Assembly (NCBI GenBank): GCA_965200645.1
Contig: CBDAUN010000001.1
Span: forward strand, 211,044 to 275,043
Source of the DNA: Arenicellales bacterium
GTDB taxonomy: Bacteria; Pseudomonadota; Gammaproteobacteria; Arenicellales; JAJDZL01
DNA length: 64,000 nucleotides
Direction of reading: 5' to 3'
Under the pieces are notes generated by a model, which saw only the letters and a list, made by a program, of their open reading frames with translations, was not told the origin of the DNA and did not search any database. The translations under genes were made by a program, and so were the position numbers. Positions 10,601 to 21,972 of this stretch are shown here, piece after piece (positions within the stretch are counted from its first letter, which is position 1; every line of letters starts with the position of its first letter).

Positions 10601-11709
10601 CAATTTACCGATTGAAACAGCAATATTCGATTCGTATTTGTTCCTTGACGATTATTGTTGATGCCCCAACAGTTCGCCGTTTTCGTAAACTTCTGTTTGT
10701 TCACATAAATACTAACCAAATTAATAGGCAAATTATGTGCGGCTTCGGCAACAACCTTTTCTAATAGCAACTTACCGCTTTTTATTTCGCCAACTTCATA
10801 AGCGATATGCCCACCCAATTTTGTAATTCTGCACAATTCCTTCAAAGTTCGCCGCGTGAATTCACGCCAATCATTAATATTCTTGTAAATGGTTAATTTG
10901 GGACTTTCAAGTTCTAAAAACCAGTTACGCAACCAGTTATCTTTTTCGTAATCTACAACATCAAGAAATGGAGGTGATGTCACCGTTAGAGATACCACTC
11001 CGTCATCAATTTCTGGCGAATGTTCTGAAAGACCGGTTAAAAACAGATGGTCTTCCGCAGTAGGCGATCCTTGAGAAAGTAAAGATTTCGTCTTTCTCAT
11101 CATCAAGTCAGCTACATTTTTTTCTTCAGGTTGTAAATTGTTTCTATCATTCAGAATCTTCTGTCTAGTTATCGATACGGCCTGATTCGGTGGCATTGTT
11201 CTAACAGAGAAGAATCCAGGTGAATGTCCCGATAATCTGTTTGTCGCAACCATTCTTATCCATGCGTCAATTTTGTCGAGTAATCTGCCTCTGCAATGAG
11301 CTTGTAAGGAGTAGATTTGGTGCAATGTATTAGGATGATAGAAAACCGTCATTTCATCATCTGCGTTGGGCAAACACTCAGGCCGCCACCAATCGATGCT
11401 TTGTAAACGGTCGAATATTGATTTAATGTCTGGCGGATTAATTCTCGATTCTGTAAGGACTCGGGATAGCGGAGATACGTCGTTGCCGTAAGGAATTCGC
11501 TTCATCAACGCTGCTTGGATTGGAGTAGTCCCTCGACCCATGAACGGGTCGTAGACGATATCTCCAGGCAACGTTAACTTATTAATGAAATAACTAGGAA
11601 GTTGAGGCTTAAAACAAGCTCTGTACGAAACTTCATGTATGCGCGCTGCTTGTCTTTGCCCAGCAGTCCAGAACTCATCAGTAATATATTTATTTGCCGG
11701 AATGTCCAC
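10600..11709 (-). CDS. Orphan site-specific DNA amino-methyltransferase (N4-C/N6-A family)
   Basis: Motif I DPFMGRGTT precedes catalytic motif IV TSPPF (alpha-type order; SPPF/Y is typical of m4C enzymes). No adjacent restriction gene recognised. Confidence 0.85.
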   Translation of the reverse strand: MDIPANKYITDEFWTAGQRQAARIHEVSYRACFKPQLPSYFINKLTLPGDIVYDPFMGRGTTPIQAALMKRIPYGNDVSPLSRVLTESRINPPDIKSIFDRLQSIDWWRPECLPNADDEMTVFYHPNTLHQIYSLQAHCRGRLLDKIDAWIRMVATNRLSGHSPGFFSVRTMPPNQAVSITRQKILNDRNNLQPEEKNVADLMMRKTKSLLSQGSPTAEDHLFLTGLSEHSPEIDDGVVSLTVTSPPFLDVVDYEKDNWLRNWFLELESPKLTIYKNINDWREFTRRTLKELCRITKLGGHIAYEVGEIKSGKLLLEKVVAEAAHNLPINLVSIYVNKQKFTKTANCWGINNNRQGTNTNRILLFQSVN

Positions 11710-11859
11710 TTAACCAGTCAAATCCACTTACGTAGTTCTGGCCATATTAGTTGCTGCTCCTATCTTCACCTGCGACTAAATCATCGAACTTCTATAGTTT
11801 GCCAATGGGATTCAAAACCAAATGAATCATTTTGTCAGTTGTATCCAATCAGTAAATCA

Positions 11860-12324
11860 CTAGAAATTGCAATACTCGATAAATCCAGACCGGTTAGCAA
11901 CTTTGTCGTAGAGTTTTCTGGCATTGTGATTAGTCTCATGAGTCATCCAATACACCTTGTCTACACCTCGCGACTTTGCCTTTGCATACACTTGATTGAT
12001 TAAGGCACGCCCGACACCTTTATTTCTCGACTCAGCAGAAGTGTAGAGGTCTTGCAAATAGCACACATCTTCCTTTTGCCAAAAATTCTTGTGGTAGAGG
12101 CAATGTACCAACCCGACGGGTTGGTCGCCTAGAAACGCTATAAATCCAGTGCAGTCACCGACTTCATCAGACAGTATTCTGTGGAATGTAATTTCGTAAA
12201 TTTCTTCTGAAACCGAAGTTTCGTAGAATTTCAGATACTCTGTCCACAAACGCCGCCAATGGCCTTCGTCAGACGCTCTCAACTCACGAATTATGAGCGA
12301 TGAATTTATCGACTGATCGCTCAT
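11860..12324 (-). CDS. GNAT family N-acetyltransferase
   Basis: CYLQDLY...RNKGVGRALI acetyl-CoA motif, VYWMT...NHNARKLYD. Confidence 0.9.
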   Translation of the reverse strand: MSDQSINSSLIIRELRASDEGHWRRLWTEYLKFYETSVSEEIYEITFHRILSDEVGDCTGFIAFLGDQPVGLVHCLYHKNFWQKEDVCYLQDLYTSAESRNKGVGRALINQVYAKAKSRGVDKVYWMTHETNHNARKLYDKVANRSGFIEYCNF

Positions 12325-12351
12325 TTAACTGGTTGTATGAATTTACAGAAG

Positions 12352-12666
12352 TTATTTTGACTGTTTGGTAGCTTGCCTTTGGCGATAGGTCTCTTGCTGT
12401 TCAGCCGTCGCTTCAGTCTGATACATTTCCTTCCACTCAAAATAGGGCATCCCATAAACAATTTCGCGAGCCTCTTCGTATGTCATTTCGTGTCCGCGCT
12501 CTTGCGCTGCAGACCGATACCACTTGGAAAGACAGTTACGACAAAAGTCCGCCAAGTTCATTAGATCGATATTTTGCACTTCTGTGTGTGTTCGAAAATG
12601 TTCAACCAGGCGTCGAAAAGCGGCTGCCTCTACTTCTGTTCGGGTACTTTGGTCCAGTTGATTCAT
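12352..12666 (-). CDS. DUF1244 family protein
   Basis: EAAAFRRLVEH...VQNIDLMNLA.FCRNCLSKW...VYGMPY.EWK signature. Confidence 0.88.
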   Translation of the reverse strand: MNQLDQSTRTEVEAAAFRRLVEHFRTHTEVQNIDLMNLADFCRNCLSKWYRSAAQERGHEMTYEEAREIVYGMPYFEWKEMYQTEATAEQQETYRQRQATKQSK

Positions 12667-12680
12667 GCTTATTACCTACA

Positions 12681-13133
12681 TTATCCGTATAGTGTTTCGC
12701 GTGAAGCGGTATTGTTTTCCACCCAACGACTTTCTCCATTTACCAAAGTTTCCTTTTTCCAAAAAGGGGCCTTGGACTTTAGATCTTCCACCATCCTCTC
12801 ACAAGCCTCGAATGCCTGCGCGCGATGTGCTGACCACACTGCAATTAAAACTATTGGGTCACCAGGATGGACAATACCGACTCGATGCAACATGAGTAGG
12901 TCGACAAGTTCAAACTTTTTGGTTACCTCACTTGCCAAATTAAACAAATGTTGTTGGGTCATTCCTTCGTAATGCTCAAGAACCATTTGAGATATCAAAC
13001 TTTCTTCATTGAAATCGCGCATCGTGCCAACAAATACAGCGGTGGCCCCATGTTTACCATCTTCCACATTCACACTGTGCAACGCAACTTCTTGCCACGG
13101 GTCAAAGGCATGTTCTATCACTTCGATACGCAA
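12681..13133 (-). CDS. moaE: Molybdopterin synthase catalytic subunit
   Basis: GATAVFVGTMR, HYEGM, HRVG, SAHR, LKSKAPFWKKE. Confidence 0.95.
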   Translation of the reverse strand: MRIEVIEHAFDPWQEVALHSVNVEDGKHGATAVFVGTMRDFNEESLISQMVLEHYEGMTQQHLFNLASEVTKKFELVDLLMLHRVGIVHPGDPIVLIAVWSAHRAQAFEACERMVEDLKSKAPFWKKETLVNGESRWVENNTASRETLYG

Positions 13134-13135
13134 CG

Positions 13136-13369
13136 TCAGCCTCCGGTGACTGGAGGAAAGAAGGCGACTTCGTCTCCATCACTGACCACATCATCCATAT
13201 CGGCGTACTGTTTGTTGATTGCAACCAGAGCGTTATCCGGAATGCTTGCATCGGTGATGCAAAGTTCCCATACATCCCGGGCAGTTCGAATGGAAGTACT
13301 GTCGATCGTCAACTTTTGCTGACCCACAGATTCAGCAAGACTTGCAAAGAACAATACGTCGATTGACAT
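13136..13369 (-). CDS. moaD: Molybdopterin synthase sulfur carrier subunit
   Basis: VLFFASL start, C-terminal DEVAFFPPVTGG. Confidence 0.95.
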   Translation of the reverse strand: MSIDVLFFASLAESVGQQKLTIDSTSIRTARDVWELCITDASIPDNALVAINKQYADMDDVVSDGDEVAFFPPVTGG

Positions 13370-13375
13370 AGCTAA

Positions 13376-14401
13376 CTACACGCTCGCCTGATCCATATCC
13401 GCACTGAACTGACCTCGCGCGGCTGCAGAGTTAACCATCGCTCGAAGCGATGCCTGTCGATGCACTTCATCCCTGTTGCCGTCATTGCCTGACCAAGCCT
13501 TCATGGGCGCCTGCTGTAACGCACGACCATAGGAAAAGGTTAGTTTCCAAGGCACTTCAGTATCCAGTTGATTCATTGCGTTGAGGTGCAACGTTGCCAA
13601 CTCGTCTGATTGTCCACCCGACAAAAAGGCAATTCCCGGTACCTGCGCAGGTACCTGCTCAAGCAGACATTGCACCGTCTGTTCGGCCACCTCTTGAACT
13701 CCTGCCTGCACCTTACAAGCCATTCCTGACAGAACCATATTGGGCTTTAAGACAGTCCCTTCGAGCATAACCCCCTGTTCATCAAGTTGCTCATATAAAG
13801 CACTTAAGGCCTTACTGGTGACTTCTCGACATCGCTCAATCGTATGGTCGCCATCCATCAGTACTTCCGGTTCTACAATCGGCACAATGTTGGCTTCCTG
13901 ACACAAAGCAGCATAGCGAGCCAGAGCATGGGAATTTGCTGCAATACAGGCTGAAGAAGGGAGGCCATCACCAATGGTGATGACTGCCCGCCACTTCGCA
14001 AATCTAGCTCCCAAAGAGTAGTACTCAATCAGCCTTTCACGCAGACCATCCAAACCTTCCGTCACCTTTTCGCTGCTGTGCAAGGCAAGCGACTTTGCGC
14101 CTTTGTCAACCTTAATTCCGGGAACAATACCAATACTATCGAGATAGCTCGCAAACGGAACTCCATCTAGAACAGTCTGCCGAATGGTTTCATCAAAAAG
14201 AATTGCACCGCTGATGTAATCAGCCATTTTTGGTGCTGTAACGAGTAATTCGCGATAACTGCGTCGCGTAGCTTCAGTGCACTCCACACCCAATTTCTCA
14301 AACCGGCTTGTACAAGTCGGATTACTCTCATCCATTGCCATTATCCCTCTACCGGGAGCCACCATTTTTTGGGCTATGTTCTCAAGCTGCTGCTTGTCCA
14401 T
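13376..14401 (-). CDS. Class I fructose-bisphosphate aldolase
   Basis: GIMAMDES, GIKVDKG, FAKWRAV, VPIVEPEV, LKPNMV, FLSGGQS, TFSYGRALQ (eukaryote-like class I). Confidence 0.94.
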   Translation of the reverse strand: MDKQQLENIAQKMVAPGRGIMAMDESNPTCTSRFEKLGVECTEATRRSYRELLVTAPKMADYISGAILFDETIRQTVLDGVPFASYLDSIGIVPGIKVDKGAKSLALHSSEKVTEGLDGLRERLIEYYSLGARFAKWRAVITIGDGLPSSACIAANSHALARYAALCQEANIVPIVEPEVLMDGDHTIERCREVTSKALSALYEQLDEQGVMLEGTVLKPNMVLSGMACKVQAGVQEVAEQTVQCLLEQVPAQVPGIAFLSGGQSDELATLHLNAMNQLDTEVPWKLTFSYGRALQQAPMKAWSGNDGNRDEVHRQASLRAMVNSAAARGQFSADMDQASV

Positions 14402-14486
14402 ATCTGCGCCTCCTAACGCCTTGCATAGTTAAAAATACTATTCGTGTTTCAATTATAGAGTTAATTTCGCCATCAACCTTCTGTGC

Positions 14487-15911
14487 TCAGACAGTAACAA
14501 TTTTCATGGTGTTTGTTCCGCCTTCAACACCTATCACATCACCCTTAGTAATGATGATTCGGTCTCCGCTTTTGATAAGTTCTCGTTTGAACATTTCATC
14601 AATTAGCTGTTGGTCAACAGAAACCTCGCTGTCTTCGTTAAGGTCGAAATTAATCGGATGCACACCTCTGAATAGCGTCACTCTCCGATGTGTCCGTGGA
14701 TGATTTGAAACTGCATAAATCGGTATCGGCGACAATGTTCTAGACATCCACTTTGCAGTACTTCCCGACTCGGTCAATGAGACAATCGCGTCAATATCAA
14801 AATATCTTGCAGTGTGCATAGAGGCAGTCGCAACGGCTTCTTCGGTGTTGGTATATAACTCCCGTACCCGCTCACTTCTCCTGATGTCCCAATCGGTCAA
14901 CTCCGAACCGCGACATATTCTGTCTAAAGCAGTGACAACTTTCGAGGGGTGCTTTCCGACAGCTGACTCCTGTGACAACATCACAGCATCTGTACCATCC
15001 AAAACAGCGTTCGCGACGTCTAGCACCTCTGCCCGTGTGGGCTGAGTGCTTTCAATCATTGATTGCATCATTTGAGTCGCGGTAATGGCCGTGCAATTAT
15101 GTTCCCGTGCCATTCGAATGATTTGCTTTTGCACTCCAGGAAGTTTTGCATCGCCAATTTCTACAGCAAGGTCGCCGCGAGCAATCATCACTCCGTCAGA
15201 TGCTTCAATGATCTCCAACATGTTTTCAACTGCTTCGGCTCGTTCAATCTTTGAGACAATTCTTCCGTTGCACCCGGTTGCATGTAGCAACTCTCTGGCA
15301 ATCTGCACATCAACCTGATTGCGCACGAACGAAACCGCTAAAAAATCCACTCCCATTTCACCTGCGAAACGAATATCACTGTGGTCCTTTGAGGTCAGTG
15401 ATGACGCTGTCAATCCGCCACCTTGACGATTTATTCCTTTGGAGTCGGATAGGTCTCCACCAACTAACACTTCGGTGGTAATTTCCGGGTCCAGAACGGC
15501 TGTAACTCTAAGGACAATGTTGCCATCATCTACCATCAAAATGTCGCCGAGCCGCACATCCTTTGGCAAATCTCTGTAGGTTAATCCGACACGTTCCTGA
15601 TCACCTGCATCTTCTTCCAATTCGGCGTTCAACACAAATCGGGCACCTTCCTTTAGATTTATCTTGCCATCCTTAAAGCAGGCAATGCGAATTTTTGGAC
15701 CCTGAAGGTCCGCAAGAATGCCAACTGCCCGATTTAATTCCTTGCTAACCTTGCGAACTTGCTCGATGCGCTTGCGCTGATCTTCAACATCACCATGAGA
15801 AAGGTTGACCCGGACGACATTTACCCCTCTTTCGATGACTTTGGCCAACACATCGGGCGGGTCAGTTGCGGGACCCAATGTTGCAACTATTTTGGTTTGT
15901 CTCAAACTCAT
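14487..15911 (-). CDS. pyk: Pyruvate kinase
   Basis: TKIVATLGPAT, DLQGPKIR, MIARGDL, ATQMM, DGTDAVMLS. Confidence 0.96.
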   Translation of the reverse strand: MSLRQTKIVATLGPATDPPDVLAKVIERGVNVVRVNLSHGDVEDQRKRIEQVRKVSKELNRAVGILADLQGPKIRIACFKDGKINLKEGARFVLNAELEEDAGDQERVGLTYRDLPKDVRLGDILMVDDGNIVLRVTAVLDPEITTEVLVGGDLSDSKGINRQGGGLTASSLTSKDHSDIRFAGEMGVDFLAVSFVRNQVDVQIARELLHATGCNGRIVSKIERAEAVENMLEIIEASDGVMIARGDLAVEIGDAKLPGVQKQIIRMAREHNCTAITATQMMQSMIESTQPTRAEVLDVANAVLDGTDAVMLSQESAVGKHPSKVVTALDRICRGSELTDWDIRRSERVRELYTNTEEAVATASMHTARYFDIDAIVSLTESGSTAKWMSRTLSPIPIYAVSNHPRTHRRVTLFRGVHPINFDLNEDSEVSVDQQLIDEMFKRELIKSGDRIIITKGDVIGVEGGTNTMKIVTV

Positions 15912-15956
15912 ATTTGAATTACTTTAACTCCTGTTTACCGGTCCACCGGAATCAAT

Positions 15957-17117
15957 CTAATTTTCCAGCATTTCGATCGCTGGTAACGACCTGCCCTGAA
16001 TGTATTCCAAAAAAGCACCGCCACCGGTGGACACGTAGGATACTTCATCGATTTTTCCAAATTGATTGAGTGCTGACAATGTATCACCGCCACCAGCAAC
16101 GCTAAATGCTGAACTTTCGCCAACGGTTTTTGCTATGGCCCGTGTACCTTTGCTGTACGCAGCACGCTCAAAAACCCCAACTGGGCCATTCCAGATAATG
16201 GTTCCGGCGTCCATAAGCCGCTTGCTGTATATCTGACACGTTTGACTTCCAATGTCAAAAATCATGTCATCCTTATCAATGTCCTCAATTCTCTTTTGGC
16301 TTGCCCTATCGTAATCGTCAATTGCCTCTGAAACAATGACATCTACCGGCATGGGAATCTCGCAGTTGTGTTGCTTGGAAAGTTCCAGTACTTCGTTGGC
16401 CACTTGTTTTAATTCCGGTTCATGTAATGATGACCCCACTGGATATCCCGTAGCATGCAAAAAGGTGTTGGCAATACCACCGCCAACAATTAGAGTGTCT
16501 GACATCTGAGCCAATCGACGCAGCGCCGGCAACTTATCTGCCACCTTGGCGCCGCCGACGATCGACACCACCGGTGCGCAGGGCTTGTTTAAGGCTTTTT
16601 TGAGTGACTTAACCTCACGTTTCAGCAAAAGTCCGGCACATGACTTCGGCGCAAATTCCATTACCCCTACTGTTGAGGCGTGCTTGCGGTGAGCTGCTCC
16701 AAATGCATCCATAACAAAAACATCGCACAACTTTGCCATGCGCCTGCTAAGTGATTTGTCGTTAGATGTTTCGCCAGTTAAAAATCGAACATTTTCCAAT
16801 ACGGCGACCGTTCCTGGCTCTGTACCATTGGTATGACGCCAGTCACTGATAAATTCAACCTTCCTTCCGAGCACCTGCTGTAAAAAATTGGCAACCGGCC
16901 TCAAGGAATACCTGTCGTCTGTCTGACCTTCCTTGGGGCGCCCAAAATGTGACATGACCTGAACAGCTGCGCCATGCTTTAGTGCATAGTTAATGGTTTT
17001 CAACGATGCATTGATTCGCTCCGAAGAGCGCACGACCCCGTTTTCTACGGGTACATTGAGGTCTGCGCGAATTAAAACGCGTCTATCTTGAAGATCAACC
17101 TTTTTGATGCTCAACAT
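15957..17117 (-). CDS. pgk: Phosphoglycerate kinase
   Basis: RADLNVP, SHFGRP, LENVRF, GGAKVADK, WNGPVGVFE, STGGGAFLE. Confidence 0.97.
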   Translation of the reverse strand: MLSIKKVDLQDRRVLIRADLNVPVENGVVRSSERINASLKTINYALKHGAAVQVMSHFGRPKEGQTDDRYSLRPVANFLQQVLGRKVEFISDWRHTNGTEPGTVAVLENVRFLTGETSNDKSLSRRMAKLCDVFVMDAFGAAHRKHASTVGVMEFAPKSCAGLLLKREVKSLKKALNKPCAPVVSIVGGAKVADKLPALRRLAQMSDTLIVGGGIANTFLHATGYPVGSSLHEPELKQVANEVLELSKQHNCEIPMPVDVIVSEAIDDYDRASQKRIEDIDKDDMIFDIGSQTCQIYSKRLMDAGTIIWNGPVGVFERAAYSKGTRAIAKTVGESSAFSVAGGGDTLSALNQFGKIDEVSYVSTGGGAFLEYIQGRSLPAIEMLEN

Positions 17118-17132
17118 GCCATATGCTGCATG

Positions 17133-18143
17133 TCAGGGTGCGTTAACTAAAGCAACTGTTGTATCAATCATCCGATTTGAGAATCCCCACTCATTGTCAT
17201 ACCAGCAACAAACTTTAGCGGCCCGGTCACCCACCACACGAGTGGTGGATGCCTCAAAAACTGACGAAGCTTTTGAATGATTGAAATCTATTGAAACCAG
17301 TGGTGCGTCATTGAATTCCAAAATTCCGTGTAGCGAACCCTCAGCCGCCTCCCTGACAACTTTATGGATTGCATCTACCGTAACTTCGGAATCAGTTTCT
17401 ATCGTCAAGTCGACTAAAGACACATTAACTGTCGGCACACGCACCGCAAATCCGTCCAACTTGCCGTCCAGTTCAGGTAAAACCAAACCGATAGCGGCCG
17501 CAGCACCCGTACTGGTAGGAATCATAGACTGGGTTGCGGAGCGTGCCCTTCTCAAGTCTGAATGAAACACGTCATTTAGCACTTGGTCGTTGGTAAAGGC
17601 ATGCACTGTGGTCATTAGTCCTGAGCGAATACCAAAGGCATCGTTTAGAACTTTGGATATGGGGGCAAGACAGTTTGTCGTGCAGGAGGCGTTTGATATG
17701 ACCGTATTAGCGGACGTCAGAACGCCATGATTTACGCCGTAAACAACGGTAGCATCTACATTTTTTCCGGGTGCTGAGAGGATGACCTTCGCTGCACCGG
17801 CATCCAAATGCGCAGATGCCTTCTCCTTGCTGGCAAAAAAACCGGTGCACTCCAGTACCACATCTATCCCGAGTTCCTTCCATGGCAAGTCGGCGGGATT
17901 TCTTTCGGAGTAAGTGTGGATCAAATCCCCGTTGACGGTAAATCCATTGTCCACAACCTGAACATCTGCACCAAATCGTCCATGTACCGTATCGTACTGC
18001 AATAGGTGGGCATTAGTATTGCGATCTGCAAGGTCATTGATCGCAATGACAGATACTTCATTTGTTCTAGACGATTCGTATAAAGCTCGCAAGATATTCC
18101 GGCCGATACGTCCAAATCCGTTTATTGCTACTTTAATCGTCAT
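17133..18143 (-). CDS. gap: Type I glyceraldehyde-3-phosphate dehydrogenase
   Basis: [30 protein letters not shown]. Confidence 0.97.
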   Translation of the reverse strand: MTIKVAINGFGRIGRNILRALYESSRTNEVSVIAINDLADRNTNAHLLQYDTVHGRFGADVQVVDNGFTVNGDLIHTYSERNPADLPWKELGIDVVLECTGFFASKEKASAHLDAGAAKVILSAPGKNVDATVVYGVNHGVLTSANTVISNASCTTNCLAPISKVLNDAFGIRSGLMTTVHAFTNDQVLNDVFHSDLRRARSATQSMIPTSTGAAAAIGLVLPELDGKLDGFAVRVPTVNVSLVDLTIETDSEVTVDAIHKVVREAAEGSLHGILEFNDAPLVSIDFNHSKASSVFEASTTRVVGDRAAKVCCWYDNEWGFSNRMIDTTVALVNAP

Positions 18144-18205
18144 GGTGGTGTTGCTTCTCCTTTGAAAGATGATTGATTTGATATTCCATAAATTGGCTGT
18201 CGGCG

Positions 18206-20236
18206 CTATGCCGAAAGTATTTGATCAACTGTTTCTTCGACCCCCTGAGCCGTCAAATTGAAGTGTTTGTATACCTCAGCAGCCGGGGCCGAATGACCGA
18301 AGCTGTCTACTCCAAGTACGGTGCCTTGTGAACCCGAATATTTTATCCAAAGTGGTGTAACTCCGGCTTCCACCACCACGCGTTTAGTGATATGTGGGGG
18401 AATCACTGCATCCTGGTAGTCCCTGGATTGGGATTCGAATAGGTCAACACAAGGTAGAGACACTACCCGTACTGAACCGCCACGGGTGTTGATCGTGTTT
18501 GCTGCATCTACGGCGATTGACACTTCAGATCCTGTCGCAATGATCAGTACTTGTGGATCATTTTCAGGTTCAACAAGCACATAACCACCGCGTTTAACTT
18601 GGTTGATCTGTTCGTCAGTTCGAACTTGCTGAGTAAGATTTTGGCGGGACAGCAACAAACTTGTAGGGCCATTCCGACGCTCGATTGCAGACTGCCAGGC
18701 GACTGTAGTTTCAACGGTATCGCAAGGTCTCCACACAGACATGTTTGGGATCAATCTAAGGGTTGCTGCCTGCTCTACCGCCTGGTGAGTTGGGCCATCC
18801 TCTCCCAAGCCAATGGAATCGTGAGTGTAGATAAATATCGAACGAATCTCCATCAGTGCAGCCATGCGTACCGCATTTCGGGCATATTCGGAAAACATCA
18901 GAAAGGTACCCGCATAGGGGATAAAACCACCATGCAGTGCCAGACCATTGACGATGGCTGTCATACCAAATTCGCGAACACCGAAGTAAATGTAATTGCC
19001 ACTGGCGTCTTCAGCTGTAATCGCCTTCGAATCATTCCAGTAGGTAAGATTTGAGCCTGTCAAATCTGCTGAGCCACCAATTATCTCTGGCAGTACTGGA
19101 CCAAGTGCATTGAGTGCCAGCAAAGATGATTTTCTAGAGGCAACCGTGGCCGGGTTATCGTTGGCTTCTTGCAACCAGCCTTGAACCGTTGCGTCCCAGG
19201 ATGCGGGAAGTTCTCCCTTCATGCGCCGGACAAAATCAGCGGCCAGTTGTGGGTGTGCGGCTTCGTACTTGCTGAAGACTTCGTCCCATTGCTTTTGCAG
19301 ACGCGCACCTTTTTCTTGGCAGGAGAATGTTTCGTAGACAGCATCCGGAATTTCAAAAGGCGCGTATTGCCAATTGAATGTTTTTCGCACCATTTCAATT
19401 TCGCTTGCGCCGAGTGGAGCGCCGTGAGCAGCGGCAGTGCCCTGCTTTGTCGGAGAACCTAAACCGATCACTGTGCTACAGCAAATCAGAGTGGGTCGGT
19501 CCGCATCGTCAAGAGCTGCATTGATTGCCTTTCGAACGGCTTTATGATCGTGTCCATCCACACTTCGAATGACTTGCCAGCCGTAAGCTTCAAATCGCTG
19601 CGGTGTGTCGTCGGTGTACCACTCTTCGACATAACCGTCGATGGAAACGTCATTATCGTCGTAGATGGTAATCAGCTTGCCAAGTTGTTGCATACCAGCA
19701 AAGGAAGCCACCTCATGCGATATTCCTTCCATTAAGCACCCATCACCTACGAACACGTAGGTGTGGTGGTCAACCAACTCATAATCGGGACGGTTAAACT
19801 GTGCTGCAAGAGTCTTTTCGGCGAGTGCCATCCCTACTGCGTTGGCAAACCCCTGTCCAAGTGGTCCCGTAGTGGTTTCCACTCCTACCGTCAGTGTGTT
19901 TTCCGGATGACCGGGGGTTTTTGACCCAAATTGCCGAAAGTTCCTGATCTCATCCATTGGCAGGTCATAGCCTGCTAAATGTAACAGCGAATAAACGAGC
20001 ATGGAGCCGTGTCCATTGGAGAGAACAAACCGATCCCGGTTCATCCAGTTGGGATCACGAGGGTTGTGCCTGAGAAATTCAGTCCACAGCACTTCCGCTA
20101 TGTCCGCCATTCCCATTGGCATTCCGGGGTGACCAGAATTGGCCGCTTGCACGGCATCCATCGAAAGAAAACGAATTGCGTTAACTCGCTCTTGTCGTTG
20201 TTGATTCTGTAGATCTTTTGATGGAGTATTTATCAA
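18206..20236 (-). CDS. tkt: Transketolase
   Basis: [49 protein letters not shown]. Confidence 0.97.
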   Translation of the reverse strand: MINTPSKDLQNQQRQERVNAIRFLSMDAVQAANSGHPGMPMGMADIAEVLWTEFLRHNPRDPNWMNRDRFVLSNGHGSMLVYSLLHLAGYDLPMDEIRNFRQFGSKTPGHPENTLTVGVETTTGPLGQGFANAVGMALAEKTLAAQFNRPDYELVDHHTYVFVGDGCLMEGISHEVASFAGMQQLGKLITIYDDNDVSIDGYVEEWYTDDTPQRFEAYGWQVIRSVDGHDHKAVRKAINAALDDADRPTLICCSTVIGLGSPTKQGTAAAHGAPLGASEIEMVRKTFNWQYAPFEIPDAVYETFSCQEKGARLQKQWDEVFSKYEAAHPQLAADFVRRMKGELPASWDATVQGWLQEANDNPATVASRKSSLLALNALGPVLPEIIGGSADLTGSNLTYWNDSKAITAEDASGNYIYFGVREFGMTAIVNGLALHGGFIPYAGTFLMFSEYARNAVRMAALMEIRSIFIYTHDSIGLGEDGPTHQAVEQAATLRLIPNMSVWRPCDTVETTVAWQSAIERRNGPTSLLLSRQNLTQQVRTDEQINQVKRGGYVLVEPENDPQVLIIATGSEVSIAVDAANTINTRGGSVRVVSLPCVDLFESQSRDYQDAVIPPHITKRVVVEAGVTPLWIKYSGSQGTVLGVDSFGHSAPAAEVYKHFNLTAQGVEETVDQILSA

Positions 20237-20290
20237 TTTGTTATTTCTCTCACAAAAGCCTGTTCAGAACAATAATTCTCCCTGACAGAA

Positions 20291-21046
20291 TTAAACTTCA
20301 ACAACATAATTGGGATCAAATTCTTTGTTACCCGCGGTTGTTGGTGAACGAGCGTATCCACGAGGATTAGAAACCACACGAGTCTGACCGATAATGTAAT
20401 CGGCCGACTCATGAGTATGGCCATGAATCCACAATTCGGCGCCGCATGTTCGGATGAAATCATCCATATTGGATGCAAAGGCAAACCCCAAATCAAGATC
20501 ATATCGCTGCTTGAGAATTGACCTTTCCGAAGGAGCGTGATGGGTCACAATAACCCGCTTGCGTGATGCTGAACCATTGGCAACACTCTTGGCAAGATAA
20601 TGGTACGATTCGAAATGAAATTCTTGAGTGTCTGCAGGACTCAACTTTTGATCGCCGTAGCGAATCAATCTAAAGTCGTTCATGTAACTCCCAGCCTGCA
20701 GCATCCCCATACCCTCATCGCCACGAATTCGAAAGTCAGTCCACAATGTAGCACAGATGAAATCAACTCCGTTTAGACTGACGGTTTCGTTTTGGACGAC
20801 ATGTATATTGGTGCCGTCAGCTATTTCGAATGCAGCTTGCATCACGGCTCGCAATTCATGATGATAAAACTCGTGATTGCCGAAAATGTAAACCACGGGT
20901 ACTTCAGTGAATGTTTGGATTGCCCACTCAACCCCTTCCGTACCCACACCAATGTCTCCGGCAAGTACCACAGCATCGTAGTCACCGTGGGGTGGGGTGA
21001 ACCCGGCGAACTCCAAATGCAGATCTGAATATACTAGTACTTTCAT
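20291..21046 (-). CDS. Calcineurin-like metallophosphoesterase
   Basis: SDLHLE, AGDI, GNHE, THHAP, HGHTH, NPRGY. Confidence 0.9.
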   Translation of the reverse strand: MKVLVYSDLHLEFAGFTPPHGDYDAVVLAGDIGVGTEGVEWAIQTFTEVPVVYIFGNHEFYHHELRAVMQAAFEIADGTNIHVVQNETVSLNGVDFICATLWTDFRIRGDEGMGMLQAGSYMNDFRLIRYGDQKLSPADTQEFHFESYHYLAKSVANGSASRKRVIVTHHAPSERSILKQRYDLDLGFAFASNMDDFIRTCGAELWIHGHTHESADYIIGQTRVVSNPRGYARSPTTAGNKEFDPNYVVEV

Positions 21047-21417
21047 GCTAAATGCTTGGTCTTGATTAGATCGGAAGTTTCATTAAAAATAAACTCCCAA
21101 AACGAATGGTTGGTAGATACTGCCGGAATTTTTGAGTTAATTGTAGGCTTTGCACAATGAAGAATTTAAAGATAAGTCCATCGTCCGAAAAACTTCATTA
21201 TGCACGCTCGAAGCATTAGCATTTTATATCAATCCTACAGAGTCATTGAACTATTCCCCAGGCACTTTGATTAACTATTAAAGTCCTTTATGCTCAACTT
21301 GCGCCTCGACTGATTTAAGTCATAGTTATGCAGATTTAGGTTATTTGAGTAATTCATTAGTACATATAATTAAAATTTGAGAAGACTAAAGCGTAAAGAT
21401 AAACAGGTTAGGTAAAA

Positions 21418-21972
21418 ATGACGGCATCTTTGGCAAACCAGTTCATTGTTGCGATGCCATCTATGACCGACCCTTACTTCGAAAGAACAGTCATATTAAT
21501 CTGTCAGCACAACGACGACGGGGCACTCGGAGTCGTCGTCAACCAAACGACTGATTTAAAACTTAAGGATCTTTACGAACACTTGGAATTGGAGCACAAT
21601 GACGCTCCAGAAGTTTCTCAGCCAGTTCACTATGGTGGACCCTGTCACCCGCACCGAGGATTCTTCTTACATGATTCAGGAGAAGAATGGGTGTCAATTC
21701 AAGTAGGCTCAATACTTGGCCTCACTCCAGCCAGGGACATTCTCGAGGCAATTTCACAAAATACTGGTCCCCAAAAATGCATGCCTCTACTCGGATTTGC
21801 AGGCTGGGCTAGCGGTCAGTTGGAGAGCGAAATTCGCAATAACGTTTGGCTTTCAACACCAGCCGACAACTCAATCATTTTTGACACACCATTAGACAAG
21901 CGATGGGATCAGGCGGCGTCCTTAATCGGTATCGACTTTTCTACACTGTCAACAGAGTTTGGCGAAGCATAG
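21418..21972 (+). CDS. yqgE: YqgE/AlgH family protein
   Basis: AMPSM.DPYF...GALGVVVN...GGP...GFAGWASGQLESE; upstream of ruvX-pyrR. Confidence 0.92.
   Translation: MTASLANQFIVAMPSMTDPYFERTVILICQHNDDGALGVVVNQTTDLKLKDLYEHLELEHNDAPEVSQPVHYGGPCHPHRGFFLHDSGEEWVSIQVGSILGLTPARDILEAISQNTGPQKCMPLLGFAGWASGQLESEIRNNVWLSTPADNSIIFDTPLDKRWDQAASLIGIDFSTLSTEFGEA

Noticed and set aside
10151-21394. Shared 13-mer aagactaaagcgt at 10151 and 21382
   Set aside because: Matches of this length are expected by chance in 64 kb, and they flank core genes rather than an element.
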